From: Vulcanisaeta sp. AZ3
GTDB lineage: Archaea > Thermoproteota > Thermoprotei > Thermoproteales > Thermocladiaceae
NCBI GenBank assembly: GCA_000960865.2
Contig: JZWU02000019.1
Location: 1-30,843 of the forward strand
Direction: 5' to 3'
Length of the DNA stretch: 30,843 nucleotides
How positions within the stretch are numbered: the first letter of the stretch is position 1; each line of letters opens with the position of its first letter. Made by a program: the position numbers and the translations under genes. Below, one piece after another: positions 1 to 9,243 of the stretch. Under the pieces are notes generated by a model, which did not search any database, was not told the origin of the DNA, and saw nothing but the letters and a program-made list of their open reading frames with translations.

Positions 1-62
1 TTCTGATTAGTAATTACTTGTTTATTAGGATAAGGTATTTATAGGGGTCTAATTATTATGTC

Positions 63-1124
63 GTGATGTCTATAGTGAAGTTTGAACCTGAAACTAGGAG
101 GGTTCAACTAACGGGCGGTGCAACCCTAATAGTATCGTTGCCCAAGGAGTGGACTAGACAGGTAGATTTAAAACCAGGCGATGAAGTGCTAGTCATACCA
201 CAGCCAGATCTATCGCTCCTAGTAGTCCCGAAGAAGATGGTTAAGGCACCATTGCTTGAGTCTTCAATAAACGTGGCCCAAGACCTCTCAAGTGCAGACC
301 ATTTAGAGAGAATTCTACTAGCTTATTATCTCTCTGGTTATGATATATTCAGGCTTAACTTTGACATAACAACCATAGATCTTAAGAGGCAGATTAAGGA
401 TATTGTACGGAGAAAGTTAACAGGCGTTGAGATAATCGAGGAAGGTAGAAACACACTAACTATCCAGAACCTAATCAATGTGCCTGATATAAACATTAAG
501 GACATTATTGTAAAGCTAGTGAGAGCGGTTGTTGGAATGATAGATGACTTGAAGTCACCAATAGAGAATGGTGATAAGTCAATGGCCATGGACATAATAG
601 AGAGAGATAACGAAGTTGATAAATTCTACTGGCTATTAAATAGACAGTTGAAGAGAATTCTCGTCAGTAAGCATGCTCTCAGTCTATCTGGTATTCAAGA
701 CCCACGGAATATAATTGAGTATGCAATAATCAATAAATCCCTCGAGAGAGCCGCCGATCACGCAGTTAAGATAGCCAGAGAGATAGTTAACCTAGGCGAG
801 AAATACATACTACTCATACCGCAGGAACTCAGGCAGAAATTCAGTGATTTGCTAACTAGGGACTCAATGATTATGAATAATATCGGTAAGGCAATAATGG
901 AGAAGCCAGACGTTAAGGAAATTAATTACATAATCGATATTGTGAAGTATGAAATAAGGTCCACAGTAGATTCGATAGATTCATCACTATACAATTACAA
1001 CCTAAGTGCACAAGCAGCAGCATCAGCGAGGCTAATACTTGATAGCATTTATAGAATAGCGGAGTATGTGTCTGATATTGGCGAATCCATGCTTGATCTG
1101 TCTATTGAGCAATACAGTGCTTAG
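63..1124 (+). CDS. phoU: Phosphate uptake regulator (AbrB/SpoVT DNA-binding domain + PhoU domains)
   Basis: N-terminal RRVQLTGGATLIVSLPKEW...LKPGDEV AbrB signature; PhoU motifs ERDNEVDKFYW and LERAADHAVKIA; start GTG 63 or ATG 66. Confidence 0.9.
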   Translation: MMSIVKFEPETRRVQLTGGATLIVSLPKEWTRQVDLKPGDEVLVIPQPDLSLLVVPKKMVKAPLLESSINVAQDLSSADHLERILLAYYLSGYDIFRLNFDITTIDLKRQIKDIVRRKLTGVEIIEEGRNTLTIQNLINVPDINIKDIIVKLVRAVVGMIDDLKSPIENGDKSMAMDIIERDNEVDKFYWLLNRQLKRILVSKHALSLSGIQDPRNIIEYAIINKSLERAADHAVKIAREIVNLGEKYILLIPQELRQKFSDLLTRDSMIMNNIGKAIMEKPDVKEINYIIDIVKYEIRSTVDSIDSSLYNYNLSAQAAASARLILDSIYRIAEYVSDIGESMLDLSIEQYSA

Positions 1125-1721
1125 TAAAAACCATTGTAATAATATCTTCAAAAAGTAATGAATTGATTTAATAATAATCAATTTATACCCACAACTTCTT
1201 AAAAACCACACCACTTCCTCCCAATTAGAGAGTGATGAGGATGTTAATACCACAATGTCGACTTTAATATTGCAGATTCTATTAATTAACTGCCTAATTA
1301 CATAATTCCCATCAGGTCCTCCAAATATCCTCCAATCTTCTCTCCAATCGCCAGGTAAGTATGGGGGATTGCTGACGATAATGTTTATGTGAATTCCATG
1401 TTTAATGGCATTAAGTACAGTTGTAGAGACTACATCAGCATAATTATGTAAACCATTATTTATGATATTTATTCTAGTATTCATTGAAGCGTTATAATCG
1501 TGGTCAATAGCTATGACCCATGGAGAAATATTTCTCTTAAGGGCTCGAGCAGCTGCTATTATGGCTAGTATTCCAGTTCCAGACCCAACATCAATTATTC
1601 TTGGAATACAACTATTAATCCTCATATAATGGCTTATCACCCAGCTGAGGGTCTCTGCGGTTTGCCAGGAGTCCTCGGCTGGTGGATAGACATTATTAAG
1701 TATTGTTAGTCTCATGTTCAT
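1102..1721 (-). CDS. HemK/Mtq2-like SAM-dependent methyltransferase, apparently frameshifted near the 3' end
   Basis: VYPPAEDS, DVGSGTG and SNPPY motifs. One extra T in the T5 tract (+ strand A 1150-1154) gives HYFFEDIITMVFTKHCIAQ* ending at 1102; as sequenced the ORF runs to 1032. Confidence 0.85.
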
Positions 1722-2530
1722 TATTTAAATAGCACCATGTATATTATTACTGAGGGTATTAAGAGTAGTAGTGTTTCGTAGAGTAATGAGTATTCTGTGG
1801 GTTTTCCAGAGGCCATCGACAACACCGTTGCAAGTATTATTAAACCGCCCAGTGGTAACAATGCCTTAAGTAATGCATCTATTATAGAAAGGAGTAATGG
1901 TGGTACCCATGGTGTTATTAATGCTATTATTGTTGGATATAACATTACCGGTATTAATGATACAAAGATCCCGCTTAATAACCTAAGGTCTATAATCTCG
2001 CTACCAAGTAAATACTTATAGATAAATAATGCTATACCTAAGTAAGTAAGCATCGATATAATTGTTATATCTGTGGGTATCATAGGCACACCCTCAACGA
2101 AAACAAGAAGTAACAACTCATAGTTTTGCATAAAAGATATAACAAGCCCTAGTACTATTATTACCATTGAGTAGAAGAGGAGCAGGGTCGGACCAAGCCT
2201 ATACATATTAATAACCATAGGCCTTAACAATAATGTATCTGTGAGCTCCATCGTCTTACTACTACCCCCCTGGCTAGGGTTTACTACTCCATTAATTCTC
2301 TCAATCAGTATCCTGCCCTTGTTAGTAACCTTTACGTAGGATCCATCCCTAATGACTAATCCATTTACCCTAAGCACCTCAATATCGTAATAAATCGAGG
2401 AAGCCGGTGCATTTAGGGCTCTCCTAATGTCAGAAATCTTCATCGTGCCTTGTTCAACTAACAATTTAAGTATTCGAATTCTCCTTGGCCTCATTAGTAT
2501 GTAGCTAATGCCATCAAGATCATCACTCAT
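1721..2530 (-). CDS. ArsR-like winged-helix protein fused to a multi-pass membrane domain
   Basis: RPRRIRILKLL...SSIYYDIEVLRVNGLV wHTH followed by about 5 hydrophobic segments; ATG 2530 chosen because it avoids overlap with the divergent gene and lies 26 nt from a TATA box. Confidence 0.7.
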   Translation of the reverse strand: MSDDLDGISYILMRPRRIRILKLLVEQGTMKISDIRRALNAPASSIYYDIEVLRVNGLVIRDGSYVKVTNKGRILIERINGVVNPSQGGSSKTMELTDTLLLRPMVINMYRLGPTLLLFYSMVIIVLGLVISFMQNYELLLLVFVEGVPMIPTDITIISMLTYLGIALFIYKYLLGSEIIDLRLLSGIFVSLIPVMLYPTIIALITPWVPPLLLSIIDALLKALLPLGGLIILATVLSMASGKPTEYSLLYETLLLLIPSVIIYMVLFK

Positions 2531-2585
2531 TACATCATGATATCTACAGAGTAAGTATAAAAGAGTTCCTCTGCAGAATATTGCT

Positions 2586-3467
2586 GTGGTTAGTTTTGAA
2601 GATTTAAAGATTTCATTGAGCACATACATAATGAAGAGTAGGAGAATTAGTTATCAAGACCTGCTTAAGTGGTCTTCAGCAAATAAGGTCGGTAATGCAA
2701 TGCTCTACCTACTAATTAGGGAGCTATTACGTGAGAGGAAGGTGAGGGTTTCCGGTGAGTACGTGATAGGTACGTTAAGGATAAACAACAATGATATCAA
2801 GCTGGTAATACCCATGTATATAGAGACGGCTTCCGAGGCTTTGAGATCCGGATCGACGAAGCGCCAGGTTAGGCAGAGGCTTACGAGAAGCACAAGCATA
2901 CTTGAGGCATTAAGCGAGGGAGGTAAAATTGAGCAGAAGGGTACGGAAGAGGCTGGAGGTAAGGCTGAGGAAAAGCCTACAGTTGAGATGACGAAGGAGA
3001 ACGCGGAGTCCAGGACTAACCAGGAGGTAGTTAAGGAGAAGGTTGAGGAAAGTGGTGCGGTTACTGAGGCAGTTGAGGTTACTTCGGGTAGGGTTAAGGA
3101 TCGAGGTGAAGCACTTGTTGAAGAGGTTACGGATTACTCTACGTTCTCAACTAATGACTTATTTTCAATGCTTAGGAATGTAATTAATGAGGAGTTCCCG
3201 CAGAATAGGGAGGAGGCCTTTAAGGTTGCGGTGGCCATGCTTTCTTATTTAAATAAGTATTGGAGTGTTGGTGAGTTAAGATTGAGGTTTGATATTGCCA
3301 AGCAGTTTGGTGGTGTTAATGAGCGCATATTGAGGGTTGAGGATGGTGTCCTGAGAGTGCTTAGGAAGATGGGTATCATAGAAATTGTGGAGCCTGGCGT
3401 GATTAATAGAATTAGGGAGTTGCCTAGAGATTTCGTTAAGGTTAGGCTTGATTCAATCTTTACATAA
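2586..3467 (+). CDS. Hypothetical protein; two probable winged-helix domains joined by a Glu/Lys-rich linker
   Basis: 293-aa ORF with TATA box at 2556-2562; domain call is by eye only. Confidence 0.6.
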   Translation: MVSFEDLKISLSTYIMKSRRISYQDLLKWSSANKVGNAMLYLLIRELLRERKVRVSGEYVIGTLRINNNDIKLVIPMYIETASEALRSGSTKRQVRQRLTRSTSILEALSEGGKIEQKGTEEAGGKAEEKPTVEMTKENAESRTNQEVVKEKVEESGAVTEAVEVTSGRVKDRGEALVEEVTDYSTFSTNDLFSMLRNVINEEFPQNREEAFKVAVAMLSYLNKYWSVGELRLRFDIAKQFGGVNERILRVEDGVLRVLRKMGIIEIVEPGVINRIRELPRDFVKVRLDSIFT

Positions 3468-3477
3468 CAATATCCTA

Positions 3478-4035
3478 TTAGATAGTAGCACCCTGGCCTT
3501 CCTGCTGCGTTGACTGCGCAGCTGGCTGGGCGAGTAATCTCTTGAGTATTGGGCTTGTTACTGCGTAGGTGATCTTATCCTCAAGATCCCTAGGCACTAA
3601 ATAGCCTGGTGATCTAACAATTCTATCGCCAACCATCACATGTCCATGAGTCACAAGCTGCCTTGCTTCATACACAGTCTTCGCAAGACCCCTTCTATAA
3701 ACAATAGTTTGCAGTCTTCTGTCTAACACGGCCCTAACATCAAGTGATAGCACAGCATCTAGAGGTATATCCTGCTCGGGTATGAAACCCGCCTTGAATA
3801 AGCTCTTCTTGAAAGCATTCTCTAAGGCGGCTCTCTCCTCGGCTGGCATCGAAAGTAGGGCCCTAGCTCTATGCTTTATCTCCCTAAGTATGGTTTTTGC
3901 GATCCAAAGCTCTCTTTTATTCCTCAATCCATACTCACCAATTGTCCTAAGCTCCTCATCTAACAACTCTCTATTCCAGAGTCTTCTCGGTTTACCGCCT
4001 ATGTATTTCTTCCTCGACTTCTTCGGGTCGCCCAT
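3478..4035 (-). CDS. rps4: 30S ribosomal protein S4
   Basis: MGDPKK..YGLRNKRELW, LDRRLQTIVYRRGLAKTVYEARQLVTHGH; ATG at 4035 (the ORF-track start at 4110 is an over-extension). Confidence 0.97.
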   Translation of the reverse strand: MGDPKKSRKKYIGGKPRRLWNRELLDEELRTIGEYGLRNKRELWIAKTILREIKHRARALLSMPAEERAALENAFKKSLFKAGFIPEQDIPLDAVLSLDVRAVLDRRLQTIVYRRGLAKTVYEARQLVTHGHVMVGDRIVRSPGYLVPRDLEDKITYAVTSPILKRLLAQPAAQSTQQEGQGATI

Positions 4036-4060
4036 TCCAGAGGACAGAATTGTAACCCTT

Positions 4061-4066
4061 TTTAAA
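4061..4066. promoter_or_regulatory. Palindromic TATA box (TTTAAA) centred between divergent rps4 and ABC ATPase starts
   Basis: 26 nt from ATG 4035 (-) and 26 nt from ATG 4092 (+), the spacing expected for leaderless archaeal transcripts. Confidence 0.55.
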
Positions 4067-4091
4067 TCTGTACCTCTCGTAAAATAATATA

Positions 4092-4961
4092 ATGGATGCC
4101 ATATTAACAAGAAACCTAAGAAGGAGGTTTAATGGAAGGGAGGTGTTAAAGGGTATAGATTTAGAAGTTGGTTATGGCATGATAGTGACGTTATTGGGGC
4201 CTAATGGCGCAGGTAAAACTACGCTAATTAGGATATTGACCACGGAATTAATGCCTCACAGTGGTGAGGCCTATGTAGCCGGCTTCGATGTAGTTAAACA
4301 AGCCAGTGAGGTTAGACGCAGAATAGCAGTAGTGCCCCAAGACGCCAGACCCATAACATACATGACACCCTACGAATTCGTCTACGCCTACCTACTCTTA
4401 AGGGGTTTATCTAGAGGTGATGCAAAGAGTGCAGCTAAGGACACCCTAGAGGAACTTGGGCTTTGGGAACTTAGGAGAACGCCGATTTATCAATTATCAG
4501 GCGGCATGGCAAGGAGAGTTTTAGTAGCTGCTGTATTGGCGTCTAATGCAGAGATTGTGTTCCTCGACGAACCCACGGTTGGACTTGATGTAGCCTCAAG
4601 ACGTGTTGTGTGGAATTCCCTAAAGCAATACAGCGATGGTGGTGCTACGGTCTTCCTGACTACCCACTATATCGATGAGGCTGAGCAAATATCCAATATT
4701 GTACTCCTGATGGACAGTGGTAAAGTAGTTGCTTGGGGAAGACCTAGGGATTTAGTTGAGAGTCTCCCTGGTAAGTATGTTGTTGAGTATCCAATATCCA
4801 TGAATAATGGCTCTTGTATAAAGATTGGGCCTTCCTGCATATCATTCGTAAATTCCCTAAATGAGGTTAGTGAGGGTGCACTCAGGGTTTCTCCAAAGTC
4901 CCTTGAACATTATGTATTAGTTACGATAAGATCCTGGGGTGAGGGTAATGAGGAGGGTTAA
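4092..4961 (+). CDS. ABC transporter ATP-binding protein (ABC-2/DrrA type)
   Basis: Walker A GPNGAGKTT, signature LSGGM, Walker B VFLDEPT, LTTHY. Confidence 0.95.
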   Translation: MDAILTRNLRRRFNGREVLKGIDLEVGYGMIVTLLGPNGAGKTTLIRILTTELMPHSGEAYVAGFDVVKQASEVRRRIAVVPQDARPITYMTPYEFVYAYLLLRGLSRGDAKSAAKDTLEELGLWELRRTPIYQLSGGMARRVLVAAVLASNAEIVFLDEPTVGLDVASRRVVWNSLKQYSDGGATVFLTTHYIDEAEQISNIVLLMDSGKVVAWGRPRDLVESLPGKYVVEYPISMNNGSCIKIGPSCISFVNSLNEVSEGALRVSPKSLEHYVLVTIRSWGEGNEEG

Positions 4962-5706
4962 GGGTGGCTTGTTGCACCAATTAAGATCCATACTAGTATT
5001 GGCTTGGTTAAATGGACTACTACCAATAATGAGGTCACCACTTTGGGCCATATCAACACTCACCACTCCAATATCGCTATTAGTATTATTAACCATCCTT
5101 TACCGAGGGGTTGGTCTTGTCATGGGTATTGTTGGCGGTCTGGTTTGGTCTATATTATCAAGCGGTACCTCATTGATTGGCGATGCCTCGTACTACAGAT
5201 TAGAACTCAAGTTTCAACAAATGATCGTTTCAACACCAACAAATCCACTTACATACACAATAGGCTTGGCGTTAAGCGAAGTAATATTCACCCTGCCAGG
5301 CATAATCCTATTCACAGCATTACTCACCATTGAGGTACATCTCAAGGTCGAGGGAGCCCTTGGGATTGCATTATCATTAGCGCTACTTTGGTACGCCATA
5401 TCTGCATTATCATTCTATTCATCAACATTATTCACTTATATTAGGTACACGTGGGCCGTTACAAGCCTATTAACGTTAGCCCTCGGCGTATTACCTCCAG
5501 TCTACTACCCAGCCACTTACCTAGGCAATATATGGTGGATCGCCTACTTAATACCAACATCAGCTAGTGCAATGGTCATACAGGATGCCATCAACATTGT
5601 GCATTACTCACAAATACAATTACTCATTGCATACGCATCTGAGCTTGCTTGGTGCTTACTTGGCACCTTCCTGGCAATTAAGGTTGCGAAGTGGAGGTCT
5701 CCCTAG
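4939..5706 (+). CDS. ABC-2 type transporter permease
   Basis: About 6 hydrophobic helices, PPVYYP motif, overlaps the ATPase gene. Confidence 0.88.
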   Translation: MRVMRRVKGGLLHQLRSILVLAWLNGLLPIMRSPLWAISTLTTPISLLVLLTILYRGVGLVMGIVGGLVWSILSSGTSLIGDASYYRLELKFQQMIVSTPTNPLTYTIGLALSEVIFTLPGIILFTALLTIEVHLKVEGALGIALSLALLWYAISALSFYSSTLFTYIRYTWAVTSLLTLALGVLPPVYYPATYLGNIWWIAYLIPTSASAMVIQDAINIVHYSQIQLLIAYASELAWCLLGTFLAIKVAKWRSP

Positions 5707-5756
5707 GTATGGCGTGAAGAATTTAAATTAGCACCCAAATTACTAATTGTATTGTT

Positions 5757-6458
5757 ATGAGCAATAAAAGAAATTATGTAATTGCGAGGTACGAGAAGGA
5801 GGGCTATGTCTTCGAAATACTCGTAGATCCTGATGCAGCTCTCGATATGAGGCTTGGTAAGTCCGTGGGTATAGACAAAGTGTTAATTACAGACACGATT
5901 TATAAAGATGCTAGAAGGGGGCTCAGAGCAAGCGAAGAGTCATTAATGAGAGTTTTTAAGACCACCGACCCGAGGAAAGTGGCTGAGTTCATAGTTAAAA
6001 ATGGGGAGTTACCATTAACAGCTGAACAGAGGAGAAGGTTAATCGAGCAGAGAAAGAAGCAGATAGTTGATTGGATAAGTAGAAACTGCATCGACACTAG
6101 GACTAAGACCCCAGTACCACCTCAGAGAGTCGAGGCGGCAATCCAGCAAGTCGATGTTACGATAGACCCATTTAAACCTGTAGAGGAACAAGTAAATGCT
6201 ATAATAAAGGCCCTACAGAGGATCTTACCTATTAAGGTTGCCTCAAGCGTACTCGAGATTAGAGCACCAGCTAACTACGCACATAAGGTTAGGAATACCC
6301 TATCTAGGATGGGTAGAGTCATTAAGGAAAGGTTTGAAGGTGACGGTTCACTAATCATGCAACTAGAAATCCCTGCAGGACTCCAGGACACAATAATCGC
6401 TAAAGTTAATGAACTAACTCACGGTTCCGGCGATGTCAAATTACTATCCGCATCATGA
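5757..6458 (+). CDS. sdo1: Ribosome maturation factor SBDS/SDO1
   Basis: FEILVDPD, IYKDARRGLRA, LPLTAEQRR, PVPPQRVE motifs; upstream of rrp4. Confidence 0.95.
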   Translation: MSNKRNYVIARYEKEGYVFEILVDPDAALDMRLGKSVGIDKVLITDTIYKDARRGLRASEESLMRVFKTTDPRKVAEFIVKNGELPLTAEQRRRLIEQRKKQIVDWISRNCIDTRTKTPVPPQRVEAAIQQVDVTIDPFKPVEEQVNAIIKALQRILPIKVASSVLEIRAPANYAHKVRNTLSRMGRVIKERFEGDGSLIMQLEIPAGLQDTIIAKVNELTHGSGDVKLLSAS

Positions 6459-6698
6459 GAATTCAAAAAATCCTTAACTATCCTAACCTCTCGTTCACCA
6501 CTTTTGTGGTGATGTAAAATTAAGGAGAGCATTAGATTGACAGGAGATATGCTTGTGGTATTAAGTCTACGTTCTCCATTGAGGAGAGGCTTAAATTAAC
6601 TAGCTGCATACTAAGGGTTACGGCTTGAGCCTTTAAGTTTACTGGGTCATATGGTTTTAGGGTTAAAAATAAATTGGGAATGGCAGGGTTGTTTTATT

Positions 6699-7406
6699 AT
6701 GCCGCTTTATGTTAGTGATAGGCAGATAGTGCTTCCGGGTGATGTAGTGGCTACGAAGGACTATAACATAGGTGGTAGTGTGTATTGGGAGGAGGATGTG
6801 GCTTATTCAGCGGTGGTTGGTTTTGTAAATGTCAAGGGTGAGCGTGATGTTGAGATAATACCGTTAAGTGGTATCTATAGGCCTAGAGTTGGTGATATAA
6901 TCATTGGCTACGTAGCTGATGTAGGCCTCACGGGGTGGATTGTGGATATAAACTCACCATACCAAGCATATTTACCAGTTCAAGAGGCTACATTAAAACC
7001 CATAGATCTGACAGCCGTTGATTTAAAGAAACTACTTAATACTGGGGATGTTATTCTCGCCAGGATAGTAGATTTCAATCTAACCAAGGATACACCCGTA
7101 ACCCTGACCCTCAGAGAGGCTAGGCTGGGTAAAATTGAGGATGGCACGCTCGTCGAAATTGATCCTAGTAAAGTTCCGAGGGTTATTGGTAGAAGGGGTT
7201 CCATGGTCAGTATCTTCAGCGAGGAACTTGGATGTGACGTAACAGTTGGTCAGAATGGGAGGATATGGATTAGATGTAAGTGTTCTAACGATGAGTCATT
7301 TGTTGCCAGGACCATTAAATTAATAGAATCTGAGAGCCACACCAGTGGATTGACGGATAAAGTTAGGTCAATAGTTTCTCAATACAAGACCAGCAGGAAG
7401 AGCTAA
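6699..7406 (+). CDS. rrp4: Exosome RNA-binding subunit Rrp4 (S1 + KH)
   Basis: IVLPGD, YRPRVGDIIIG, KVPRVIGRRGSM, VGQNGRIWI; ATG 6699 more likely than 6651. Confidence 0.95.
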   Translation: MPLYVSDRQIVLPGDVVATKDYNIGGSVYWEEDVAYSAVVGFVNVKGERDVEIIPLSGIYRPRVGDIIIGYVADVGLTGWIVDINSPYQAYLPVQEATLKPIDLTAVDLKKLLNTGDVILARIVDFNLTKDTPVTLTLREARLGKIEDGTLVEIDPSKVPRVIGRRGSMVSIFSEELGCDVTVGQNGRIWIRCKCSNDESFVARTIKLIESESHTSGLTDKVRSIVSQYKTSRKS

Positions 7407-8380
7407 GGCTCACTGACGTCTAACCAGGTCTTCTTAAGCCTAGCCAACTCCTCATCCCTAACCTGCTTCCTTCTCTCACCCTCCATGAATAATTTCCTCT
7501 CAGCATCATTATTAGGCACATACTCAGCAACAGGCGCCGGCCTCCCCGTAATATCGACATGTACGTATGTGTAATATGCCGTGCATACATGCCTAACCTG
7601 CCCGTAAGCGCCTCCCGCTATTACGTCAAGCAAGATCTCCATTGAGGATTTACTTACGTATGTTATCCCAGCCCTAACCGTAACAATATCCCCAACCCTA
7701 ATTGGAGCGTAGAATGCAGTTTCATCTACAGAGCCAGTCACAGCTGCGCCGCCTGAGTACCTCGCTGCTAAAAGCCCTGCTATATCATCAAGCCATGCCA
7801 ATAATCTACCACCAGACACAAGATTCCCCACAAAGGCATCTGAAGGCGTTGCCCAACGACTTGATTCTACACGCCACCTAAGGCCGATAGTAGGATCTGT
7901 TAAGTCAAATCTCTTAATCTTTCTATCCTCAATCTTTTTCTTTCTATACTCATACCTCTTCCTAGCCTCCTCATACATCTCAAACTCATCACTTGAGGGT
8001 TCTATCTTATTATTAATTGGTCTTGGAACACCATACTCATCTACAGCAACGTAGGAGGCGGTAGCTATCGTGACCAAAGCCTGTTTGCCACCTGGTGCTT
8101 CCTTCCAAGCCTCAATCCTTACCTCCATAGAAGAGGTACCTGCATACTCAATCCTGGCCTTAAGTATTACGAATTCTCCAAGTCTAACTGGTCTTATGAA
8201 GAAATGCCTATCTAAGTATGCAAGTACGGCAGGCCCCCTTGAGAATCGCGTGGCTGCTACAGTACCTATATTTGCCATCCACTCAAGCATTCTACCACCA
8301 AAAAGATTACCCAATGAGTTCGTATCAAACGGCTGTACGGCTTCGACAAGAACAACCTCAGTATCTCTAATACTAACCAT
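7403..8380 (-). CDS. Acyl-CoA thioesterase, tandem hotdog domains
   Basis: Two repeats: GNLFGGRMLEWM...GTSSMEV and GNLVSGGRLLAWLDD...SKSSMEI. Confidence 0.92.
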   Translation of the reverse strand: MVSIRDTEVVLVEAVQPFDTNSLGNLFGGRMLEWMANIGTVAATRFSRGPAVLAYLDRHFFIRPVRLGEFVILKARIEYAGTSSMEVRIEAWKEAPGGKQALVTIATASYVAVDEYGVPRPINNKIEPSSDEFEMYEEARKRYEYRKKKIEDRKIKRFDLTDPTIGLRWRVESSRWATPSDAFVGNLVSGGRLLAWLDDIAGLLAARYSGGAAVTGSVDETAFYAPIRVGDIVTVRAGITYVSKSSMEILLDVIAGGAYGQVRHVCTAYYTYVHVDITGRPAPVAEYVPNNDAERKLFMEGERRKQVRDEELARLKKTWLDVSEP

Positions 8381-8464
8381 ACAAGTGATTGTCGAATCCC
8401 GACTTTAAAGCGTTGCTGTCTATAAGGGAAATAGATAAAATGATTTAGACAGGGGTTAGCCTCA

Positions 8465-8980
8465 ATGGTAAGAGCGTTATTCATCGGTCGTTTCCAACCA
8501 TTACATAGAGGTCATGAAGAGGTAATTAAGTGGTTATTGAATAGGCATGAGGAGATTGTCGTGGCCATAGGCTCAGCTAATGAATCATTCACGGAAAGGA
8601 ATCCCTTCACTGTTGGTGAAAGAATTGAAATGCTTAATACAATGCTCAAGGAATTGAGCCTGTTAAATAGGGTTATGTATTGCGCCGTACCTGATACGAA
8701 GGGTGATTCAGCTCTATGGTATGCCTATGTACGTGAGCAATGCCCATCCTTTGACATAGCCTATACAAATGATGAGTTCACGAGATTATGCCTCGAGTAC
8801 GGAGGTATTAAGGTAATGAATACCCCTCTCTTTAATAAAGAGGTATATAGTGGAACCAGGATTAGGAAGTTAATGGCCATCGGTGATAAATCGTGGCAAA
8901 GCCTCGTGGCAACAGGCATATTATCAGTTCTAGTCAGAATTAATGCTGAGGATAGAATTAAGAGAATAATGCAAAAATAA
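8465..8980 (+). CDS. nadM: Nicotinamide-nucleotide adenylyltransferase
   Basis: FIGRFQPLHRGH, IGSA, NPFTVGER, SGTRIR. Confidence 0.93.
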   Translation: MVRALFIGRFQPLHRGHEEVIKWLLNRHEEIVVAIGSANESFTERNPFTVGERIEMLNTMLKELSLLNRVMYCAVPDTKGDSALWYAYVREQCPSFDIAYTNDEFTRLCLEYGGIKVMNTPLFNKEVYSGTRIRKLMAIGDKSWQSLVATGILSVLVRINAEDRIKRIMQK

Positions 8981-9008
8981 TTTAAGGGGTTAATCCACGA
9001 TTATTAGC

Positions 9009-9242
9009 GTGGGCGAGGAATTCTTTGAGGAAAGCGATGAGGAAACACCACCTCCAGCCCCAACTCAAGGTGAAGAAGGTAGTGAAATTTCCGGCAGGAA
9101 AATGTACATGTGCCTTAAATGCGGTAGGATATTCGCACTTGAGGATATGATAACACCAGGCGTTCATTGCCCATACTGTGGTTATAGGATTATTGTTAAG
9201 GTTAGGTCATTCCAAACAAAGAGGATTACACACATCGACTAA
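9009..9242 (+). CDS. rpo12: DNA-directed RNA polymerase subunit P (Rpo12)
   Basis: YMCLKCG...HCPYCGYRIIVKVR zinc ribbon; TTTAAG box about 23 nt upstream of the GTG. Confidence 0.93.
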   Translation: MGEEFFEESDEETPPPAPTQGEEGSEISGRKMYMCLKCGRIFALEDMITPGVHCPYCGYRIIVKVRSFQTKRITHID

Positions 9243-9243
9243 T

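Noticed and set aside
6506-6545. GTGATGT as a possible C box of a second C/D sRNA
   Set aside because: Imperfect C box and no properly spaced CTGA D box
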